Shown here one piece after another: positions 55,271 to 64,000 of a stretch of 64,000 bases of DNA (positions within the stretch are counted from its first letter, which is position 1; the number at the start of each line of letters is the position of its first letter). The DNA comes from Octopus vulgaris (taxonomy: Eukaryota): assembly GCA_951406725.2 (NCBI GenBank), contig OX597824.1, positions 11,346,001 through 11,410,000 of the forward strand, in the 5' to 3' direction. The notes under the pieces are model-generated. The model made no database searches, was not told the origin of the DNA, and was given only the letters and a program-made list of their open reading frames with translations. Both the position numbers and the translations under genes were made by a program.

Positions 55271-55595
55271 CAGTGGAACCTTGGTTTACGTATGCCTCTC
55301 ATCACCAACAAACTGGATTTACGAAACAATTTTTCGAACAGAAAACACCTTCAATGACAAACAGTGTTTTCAAGTAATGAACACATAAGCCATCAACAAT
55401 GGTTGGCGACAAGCTGGGGACATCAGGGGGAGAATGTCGGTTACGGTCTAGCTTTTGCTCAGAGCACATCCCTGCTTGAATTTGCTGAGCCTTTCTCTTG
55501 AATTTCATATGGGGAAAATAGTTTCGGTTTATGAACATTTTGGGTGACGAAACGCCTTCAAGGATGAACGAAATTTGTAAACTGAGGTTCCACTG
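55271..55595. mobile_element. Tigger/Tc1-mariner-type MITE
   Basis: TA-cagtggaaccttggtttac ... gtaaactgaggttccactg-TA. Confidence 0.8.
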
Positions 55596-55608
55596 TATAT
55601 CATATGCA

Positions 55609-55646
<38 letters not shown>

Positions 55647-56307
55647 CATACATACATACACACATACATATAGAATATATCTCAAATTATTCATATTATA
55701 TATATACATATATATATATGTATATATAGTATATTTTAAAATTGTTATATATACACACATATATAAAATACAAACACATATATGCTATATATACATATAT
55801 ATGCATGTGTGTGTATGTATGTGTGTGTGTGTGTATGTGTGTTTGTGTGTGTGTGTGTGTGTATACACTGAAGAGTAGTTTTACCAATTCGTTGTGAGAT
55901 TTCATTGGTTGTATCACATTAACCAACTTAAATCACTAGAGAGGCTGCTCTTCTAAAACTCAAGGCATTATCTTAGTATTTTATAATGGCCTTGTAATGC
56001 AGACTCCCACACACACACACACACAAAATAATAAAAAAGGACCATACCATTGTATTAAAACCCCATGGAAAAAAAAAAAGTCCATGTCTGAATAAGAAGG
56101 TGGGGCAACAAATTTGTTAAGTTCGTTTTGCTTTGTTTGTTTATATCAAATAAATTATGAATGGGGGTCATAGAATGTACAACTTTTAAATGTTAATTAA
56201 GAGAAGTATAGCATTATTATTATTGCAGTAGATTAGGACAGGTATTGGATAATACTAATCACAAACATGTTACTGTTCAAGAACGGTCTTCGTTCTGCTT
56301 GCTTCTT

Positions 56308-56502
56308 TCAAATGTTGGTTTCTCGCTTCTGTAAAAGAGCTCGTTCCATGTTTTCTTTCTCGATTTTCCGTTTCTCTACTTCGCGGAGCAAATTAGTCCG
56401 ATGGTTTTCATACTGCATGACAATGTTCTGGAGTTCTTGTTTGTAGAGACGTGTGAGGAGGGCGTCAAAGTATTCCAGTTCCCCCAAACGGAACAATGGC
56501 CA
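56308..56502 (-). CDS. SAV1: SAV1 homologue, last coding exon (SARAH domain)
   Basis: ctctttcag|TGG... encodes WPLFRLGELEYFDALLTRLYKQELQNIVMQYENHRTNLLREVEKRK...ETNI*, matching the Salvador SARAH helix. Confidence 0.95.
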   Translation of the reverse strand, partial: WPLFRLGELEYFDALLTRLYKQELQNIVMQYENHRTNLLREVEKRKIEKENMERALLQKRETNI

Positions 56503-56559
56503 CTGAAAGAGAACAACAGCAAAATTAAATAAATAAATACATATATAAATATATATATC

Positions 56560-56561
56560 TT

Positions 56562-56594
<33 letters not shown>

Positions 56595-56970
56595 CATTGT
56601 GTACAGTGCTCAGGTGCACTACAACTCATCTAAAGTGCATATATAATCAGGTGTAGTTTTGGCGGATTTCGGAAAGCATGAGGGTCTTAAAGGATGCAGT
56701 GTCATGGCAGTCAACAACTGACGCAGGCAGCTTATTCCATGCTTCAGCAACTCTGAGCGTGAAGAAATGTTTCCGAAAGTCATGGGAGCTGTGTTGTTTT
56801 CTGACTTTGTAGGCATGTCCACGTGTGTTAGACACATGGAGATCAAAAAGGTGTTCAGTGTTGTTATTGGTGAGGTGGTTGACAACTTTGTGGGCGTTTA
56901 CCAAGTCCGTCGCCAGACGCCGGAGCTTCAGTGAATCCATGCACAGGGAAACAAGGCGCTCAGAATATGG
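56560..56970 (-). mobile_element. CR1-group LINE 3' end with a (TTA)n tail, in the SAV1 last intron
   Basis: ORF 56647-56940 has TRGH..K...RKHFFTLRVAEAWNKLP..VV....FK, a typical CR1-group ORF2 C-terminus. Confidence 0.85.
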
Positions 56971-56972
56971 TA

Positions 56973-57357
56973 AAAGAGAGGTTGTGTGCTGTCTGTCTCC
57001 TACGATTTAGATTCCTAACTACTCCCACATTTTGCGGTGCAGTTTAACCAAAAGCGGGTATCTTATAGTCGTGATTCATATCGAGCCCTTCTGGGTATTA
57101 GCGCGCGTCTACGATGAGTCTACGATTTTAAAAAAAATTTACCATCAATTTTTCCCATTTTTAATGCATTTTTAGCATATATAAGGGAAGTAACTCTCTA
57201 AAAATTTATTATTAAATCTCAGAACGTAAAAAGCTACAATAACACCACCCCCCTTTGTGGTTAGCCATATTGAGATGGCTATTATACTTTACATCTCTAA
57301 AAATGCTTATATAGTTATTTCCCTTACAAACCCAAGCAACGCCAGGCGATACTGCTA

Positions 57358-57358
<1 letters not shown>
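56973..57358 (+). mobile_element. Non-autonomous Helitron, 5'-truncated
   Basis: Ends cccaagcaacgccaggcgatactgCTAG. Body homologous to 40137-40535. Confidence 0.75.
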
Positions 57359-57414
<56 letters not shown>

Positions 57415-57539
57415 GCAAAATTTAGATTCAGATGAATATGGTACATAAGTTAAAGGCACCAGAATTTTTTATGGTATTATCCATATAAATCAAATGGGGT
57501 GATTATAATCAAAATAAGCAACAAGGATATCCAAGGTAG

Positions 57540-57627
57540 TGTAGTACAATCGTTTCATGCGACTTCATTTTATTAAACAATGTAAGTATTACTTCAGTTT
57601 TAAAATGTTGAGCAATCTTCAGCCACA
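57540..57627 (-). ncRNA. Type I hammerhead ribozyme motif, intact core, in the SAV1 last intron (sense)
   Basis: Minus strand: tgtgg-CTGAAGA-ttgc...gcat-GAAA-cgattg-TA-ctaca. 5-bp stem I, long stem II loop, GUA triplet. Confidence 0.7.
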
Positions 57628-58284
57628 TATAGAATTTTTTAATTAAATGGACAATGTACATTTTTATACTTATTTCATTTGCCAACATTACAAAGAGGGT
57701 AGATATATAGACAGAGAGGTTAATTTCATCATTAAGAACATGGTGGTAGTATGTCCTTCTCCATCTGTAGATTTTTTATCATAAAAAATAAGTACTGGGC
57801 CTAATATGATTGACTTAAGACAGTGCCCCAGCATGGCCACAGCATAATGACTGACACAAGAGTAATATATGCGTACTTATACACACATACCAGCCAACTG
57901 TGGCTTGAACAATTCAAATCTGAATACTGCCCAAGAAGGAATATAGGTGTGAGAAAATTCCAAACCAGCTGACAATGATAATCAATATATTAAGGTCTAG
58001 GTTACAATAAGTAATTGAGAAAAATTATTTTGGTATCTCACACTTGTAAATCAGGACTGGGAACCAGATTCTTAGGTATACCAGTCACACTGGTTATTAA
58101 TTAGTAAAATCAGATTTAAACTGGAAGTTATGGGATAAAGGACAGCTTTGTTGAGATGCTAAATTCACTTCTGTGATCAAGGCCAGAGGTTTTTAAAGTG
58201 AGAAGTCTCAGGTCACACCCTTCCTATTACTGAAAATTTCTCTCTCCATTATTAATTATCTAACCAGCACTTTTGTTAATAAGG

Positions 58285-58603
58285 AAACAAATTAAAGTTT
58301 CATTTTTGGATTTGGTTTGCAAGGTTCTTTATATGAGTTCGTGTGTTGAAGCATATTCTGTTGTGTTTGGGGAGAGTCATTTTCTTTTTGTGCCTTACAA
58401 TGAAACACACTCACCGGTAAAATCTCCACTTATTTCTTATTTTTATTTTCCTAAAATTTTTGGACAGAGTCAAGACTATTGAAAAGGTTGCAAGATGCAA
58501 CGAAAATTTTAGGAAAATAAAAATAAGAAAAAAGTGGAAATTTTACCGGTGAGTGTGTTACATTATAAGGCACAAAAAGAAAATGATTCTCCCCAGACAC
58601 AAC
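58285..58603. mobile_element. Short element with an internal ~100-bp inverted duplication and a U3-A8 hammerhead-like motif (58476-58512, +)
   Basis: 58360-58460 is the reverse complement of 58503-58603. Motif cta-TTGAAAA-g-GTTGCA-aga-TGCAAC-GAA-AATT-T-tag. Confidence 0.7.
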
Positions 58604-58888
58604 AAAATGTTTGCATTCATATAATTTTTCTTTCTTCATCATAGTGTTGGACAATCTTTGTCTTTTGCCTGTTTCAGTCATCTGACTGCGGCCATGCTGG
58701 TGCATCGCCCTGAAGAATTTTTAGTCAATCAAATCAACCCCAGTACTTATTTTTTTTTGTTAAGTCTGGCACTTATTCTGTTAGTCCCTTCTGCTGAATC
58801 ACTAAGTTACAAGGATATAAACCAATACTGGTTGTCAAGAAGTGGTGGTGGTGGTGAGGTTGAGAGGGACAAACACAAAGACACATAA

Positions 58889-58937
<49 letters not shown>

Positions 58938-59102
58938 ACCGGCTTCCTTCAGTTTCTGTCAACCAAATCTACTCACAAAGGCTTTGGTCAGCCTATGGCT
59001 ATAGCAGAAGACATTACATAATCAAAGGATTATGTAATGGGACTGAACCTGGAACCAAGTGGTTGAGAAGCATGTGCGTGTGTGTGTGTGTGTGTGTGTG
59101 TG

Positions 59103-59147
<45 letters not shown>

Positions 59148-62100
59148 TTGTTGTAAATGAATGTTGTTCATTTCCAGTATTCTGAGAAAATATGTCTGGC
59201 CATGGGGAGATATTACCTTGCTTGGAAACAGGTAAGAGCCGGCAGCAAGAAGGGCATCAGGCCATAGAAAAATCCATCCAACCCATGCAGGCACAAAAAA
59301 GTGGATGTTAAAACGACAACAACGATGATGATGATGATGATATTTACCTGAAGGAAACAATGCAATGCAAGTAGCAGAGTTTGATTATGCAAGTGTGTTG
59401 ATACAATGCACAGATGATGTAAGGTAATTTAATCTGTTATCAATATTAAATCAAAAAGAATTCCTATTGAATGTCCATATTGACATTGGGGTCAATGCTG
59501 TAACAGAATGTTGTTGCATCGACCATTTTATTAAACAAAGCAATTTTGTCTGCTTTCACCCTAAATTTACAATTCTCACAGAACCTCCCATGGAAAGATT
59601 GTTCTCTCCAACATATGATTCCCTACTCCTGGCAGATAACTTCTTTGCACCACTCAGATGACAATCCTGCTGTTTGGGTTGTTGTTGCTGGCAAGGGATT
59701 TGGGGTCAGAGTGTAAATCCTAACTCAACCTCTTTTGGTCACCCTTTACGACACACAGAGGAAACAATAGATCTATATTTTGAAATGCTGGGCCTCACAC
59801 AGCACTAGAGCAACATGGAATGAAGTGTTTTGCTGAAGAATGCAACACACTGCCCAGTCCAGGAATCGAACTCACAATCTGGTGATTATGAGTGCAACAC
59901 CCTAAACATTAGATCATGCACCCTCACACATGAACATTAGATGTTTATAATCATCATCATCATTTAACATTTACCTTCCATGTTGGCATGGGTTGGACAG
60001 TTTGACAGGAGCCAGCCAGGTAGGAGACAACACCAGGCTACTCTGTTTTGGTATGGTTTTTACAGCTAGATGCCCTCCTAATACTGAGTGCTCTTTACAT
60101 GACATCAGCATGATCGTTGCCAGAGTAGCTAACTGGCATTTGTGCCGGTGGCACATAAAAAGCACCATTTGAGTGTGATCGTTACCAGCGTCACCTTACT
60201 GGCACTTGTGCAGGTGACATGTAAAAAAAAAAAAACACGATTTTTTCTTGGCCGCTGCCAGTACCGCCTGACTGGTCCTCATGCCGGTGGCACGTAAAAG
60301 CACCTACTACATTCTCAGAGTGGTTGGCATAAGGACGGGCATCCAGCTGTAAAAACTCTGCCAGATCAAGATTGGAGCCTGGTGCAGCCATCTGGTTCAC
60401 CAGTCCTCTGTCAAATTGTCCAACCCATGCAAGCATGGAAAGCGGACATTAAACGATGATGATGATGATGATTACATAAACATCAGATCTTTATAAACTA
60501 ATTGTTAGAGAAACACTTCTCACAGCTGGACACCACTTCTCACTCCTGTAACAGAACCTATTTCCAAGTAGATTGACTAAGATAAGTAGAATAAGATGCT
60601 TTGCTGTCACAATGACCTTGCAATCATAATCCACACACACACAATACATACTGTCTCCTACATAATTTATTCTTTTACTGGTTTTAGTCATTTGATTGCA
60701 GCCATGCTGGAGTACTGACTTTTAGTCAAAGAAATCAACCCCAGGACTTATTGTTTGTAAGCCTGGTACTTATTCTATTGGTCCCTTTTGCTGAACCACT
60801 AAGTCACAGAGACATAAACATACCAACACTGGTTGTCAGGCAATGGTGGTGGGGACAACCAGACACGAAGACACACACATAAATAAATGACAGGCTTCTT
60901 TCAGTTTCCATCTGCTAAATCCACTCACAAGTCTTTGGTTGGCCTGAGGTTATAGTAGAAGACACTTCCCCAAGGTGTCGCACGGTGGGACTGAACCTGG
61001 AACCATGTGGTTGGGAAGCAAGCTTCATACCACACACCCACGCCTGGCTACATTCAAAACAATTCTGTGCTTGAGCATTTCTTCTGTTTCTTGAAAGGAG
61101 GGAGCAGTTACATCAATTCTACGTTTATATGGATGGATAAGTTTTTGCTAAAGTAATTACTTTTACATTTTGGTGTTGTTCCTGCTACTAACGAATCCAC
61201 AATGCAGTACGAATGGAACCAGTATATCAATCAAGTAAACTGTAGTACCTAAAGATCTATTGTTAAGGTTATAATTTTCTGAACTTTTGAGACTAAATTG
61301 ACACTACATTTCAAACAGGTTCATTGCTGATCATCATCAAAATGTTTTACTTGACCTTCAAACGTTGGGCCTCACAGAGGCAAAGACAGGAGACTGAGAC
61401 CTTTGGAGATATGCTGTGATTGAGGAGACCCAGCTACTAAAGTGAGGTCGCAGCCATGGCTGATGCTAGTGTTGCATGTCCGGCCCATTCAAAAGTACCC
61501 TTGATACGTTGGGCGATATGATATGCTTGAGAAGACCTGTTGAGTTAAGTAAAACCAAAATCGTAGCTGTGGCCAGTGCACCCTGACTGGCTCCTGTTCT
61601 GATGGCACATAAAATGCATCGTCCGAATGTGGTCATTGCCAGTGCCCCCCTGTCTGGCTCCTGTGCAGGTGGCACATAAAAAGCACCATCTGAATGTGGC
61701 CAAGGCCACGCCCACCTGACTGGCTCCTGTGCCGGTGGCGTGTAAAAAGCACCCACTACACTCATGGAGTGGTTGGCGTTAGGAAGGGCATCCAGCTGTA
61801 GAAACTCTGCCAGATCAAGATTGGAGCCTGGTGTAATTGCTGGCCTTCCAGACCTCAGTCAAACTGTCCAACCCATGCCAGCATGGAAAACGGACGTTAA
61901 ACGATGATAATACACATGTAGTACTAAAATAGTAATGTTCTTATTCACTAGATCACTAACGTGTGTGTAGTGGTCAAGTAGATACTATCCTTAGTCAAAA
62001 AATAAAGTTTTCATGTTCAAAACCAGTTCAGGACTGTTACATTGGAATAAGTACATGTGAATATCGTGAAAAACTTTCAGAATAAGATCAATAGTTAGAA

Positions 62101-62252
62101 ATCTTATGAGGCATGCAGAGTTATGTACCTTGTTCAGAGACGATATACAACGGGCGTAGTGAGAAATTACGACTATACTGGTCTGTAAACTAGCATCATC
62201 TTTACCTCACAGTCATTGCACACACACACACACACAATCTGTATATAATTAC

Positions 62253-62314
62253 CTTTAATTTGTGATCATGGTCCTGATTGGCTTTGCAGTAAATATACAT
62301 CCAGTCTGGAATTT
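62253..62314 (-). CDS. SAV1: SAV1 homologue, penultimate coding exon (62 nt, absent from the ORF track)
   Basis: ttgcag|AAATTCCAGACTGG...AAATTAAAG|gtaatt encodes (E)IPDWMYIYCKANQDHDHKLK, matching SAV1 'EIPDWLQVYARAPVKYDHILK'. Phases join both neighbouring exons. Confidence 0.93.
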
Positions 62315-62843
62315 CTGCAAAGAGAAATATATTGGAAGTCTTTAAAATGTTTTAAATAAATATCGATTTAATAATAATAATAATAATAATAAATTTATTA
62401 ATCCAATTTACATTGAATATTTTTTTTATTGATTACAATAAGTAAAGATTACAAAAAAATTTTTTTTTCAGAAATTGCATAAAAAACAGATTAAGCTCTT
62501 TTGGCAGCTTGGCTGATTTAGGGCAAGTTGGCAGGAGGTAAAAAAAATAATAAATAGGTCAATCAAAAAAATAGGGGGGCAAAGGGAAATGCCCTTTGCA
62601 TGCAAACAAGGCAGTTAAAAGCATTTATCTTTTTTTTGATTTGTTTCAGTCATATGACTGCGGCCATGCTGGAGCACTGCCTTTAGTTGAGCAAATTGAC
62701 CCCAGGATTTATTCTTGTAAGCCTTGTACTTATTCTATCGGTCTCTTTTACCAAACGACTAAGTTACGGGGACATAAACACACCAGCATCAGTTGTCAAG
62801 CGATGTTGGGGGAACAAACACAGACGCACAAGCATATACATAC

Positions 62844-62887
<44 letters not shown>

Positions 62888-63035
62888 GACGGGCTTCTTT
62901 CAGTTTCCGTCAACCAAATCCACTCACAAAGGTTTTGGTTGGCCTGAGGCTATAGAAGACACTTGCTCAAGGTGTGTGTGATAAGACTTTGTTATATAGC
63001 ATTATAGAATACTCATTAAAATTATTTGCTCTTAC

Positions 63036-63193
63036 CTTCATGTAAATATGGGTTAGCTGGCACCAACAAATTAGATTGTCTGTACTCTATCTGTTTCGGG
63101 ATAACTAGTTCTTGTGGGGCACAGATCATGTTCTGTTGATGTGGTAAAACTGGAGCACAAGGATGATGGTATTGGGCAACTTTCAAAATATAA
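63036..63193 (-). CDS. SAV1: Salvador (SAV1) homologue, internal coding exon (end of WW2 region and linker)
   Basis: Translates YILKVAQYHHPCAPVLP...QSNLLVPANPYLHE, matching SAV1 'KAQYRHPCAP...SLLVPANPY'. Acceptor tttttttcag, donor G|gtaag. 158 nt, in phase with the next exon. Upstream exons lie beyond the window. Confidence 0.93.
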
Positions 63194-63468
63194 CTGAAAA
63201 AAATGAAAACAAAAGTCATTAATTAGTAATTTAGCATTGGGAATTTTTAAAAAATAAGAATTACAGATTTTGTAAAATTCACCCATCCATCCATCTTCTC
63301 CATCCATTACTCCTGAAAGGGTCATGAGGATAGAGTCCTCAGGAACCTTCCCCATAGGATCCCATCAAAAGCAACCATCATTGGACTTTCTGGCTGGATT
63401 CCCAAGCATGACCAGCTGAGACTATGGCTATTGTCCAGCCAACTCATTCTTGGTCTACTCCCTACGTC

Positions 63469-63881
63469 GGATCTTTTCGGTTTGACCAGCAGTTTTTTCT
63501 AGCGGTGTCATATGAAATTGTCACCCATAATTATGACCCCAGTATTGATCTATTGCATTTCATTCTCTTTTAGGGTTACGGTTAGGGTTAGTTAGGGTAT
63601 CTTTTTTTTTTTCAGAAATGTAAATAAACCCAATCTGTTTCTTAAACGAGGGACATTTTCATATGGCACAGAATGTTTTCACCTCAATAGACGTCATTGA
63701 TTGGTTGAAATTTCAGAAATTGAAGAAAAAACAACAAATATCTTACAAACTATAGAATTTTCTCAATAAAGCCAAGAGAAAAAGATGTTTTATAAACACA
63801 TTCTACCAGTATACGAAGTTTAAAAGTGTTTAGTTATGTGGAAATTATGTTAAAAAACTGCCAGTCAAACCGAAAAGATCC
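63469..63881 (+). mobile_element. Same MITE family, in a SAV1 intron
   Basis: Same TIRs, TSD cctacgtc/cctaagtc. Confidence 0.85.
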
Positions 63882-64000
63882 CCTAAGTCTCCTACCAGTT
63901 TCCTCAGCTTGAAGAATCTGTCTTGTGATCCCTTCTGGTGATATTTTAACTATATGCCTGTAGTACCAGAACCATGATCTCTCAATGCAGAGAAGTAGTA

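Overview
This is AT-rich, repeat-dense eukaryotic DNA, not prokaryotic. The SINE and microsatellite content suggests an Octopus (coleoid cephalopod) genome, which is my inference from repeat recognition. Two host genes lie on the minus strand. The first is the 3' three coding exons of a Salvador/SAV1 homologue (63193-63036, 62314-62253, 56502-56308), with in-phase GT-AG junctions and a SARAH domain. The second is a probable first coding exon of calmodulin-lysine N-methyltransferase (25643-25437). The rest is tRNA-headed SINEs, LINE remnants (CR1-, RTE-, HERO- and Tx1-like), non-autonomous Helitrons, MITEs, mariner relics, two minisatellite arrays and many microsatellites, which explain almost all ORFs in the track. 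The most notable hidden signal is about 11 type I hammerhead-ribozyme-like motifs (CUGANGA or the U3-A8 variant UUGANAA, then GAAA, a palindromic stem III and NUH). They come from roughly 7 unrelated short elements, mostly ending at (TA)n/(TG)n tracts, and several are arranged as head-to-head palindromes. This fits Penelope-like retroelement terminal-repeat relics. One motif with an intact core lies sense within the last SAV1 intron. All coordinates and pairings were read by eye.
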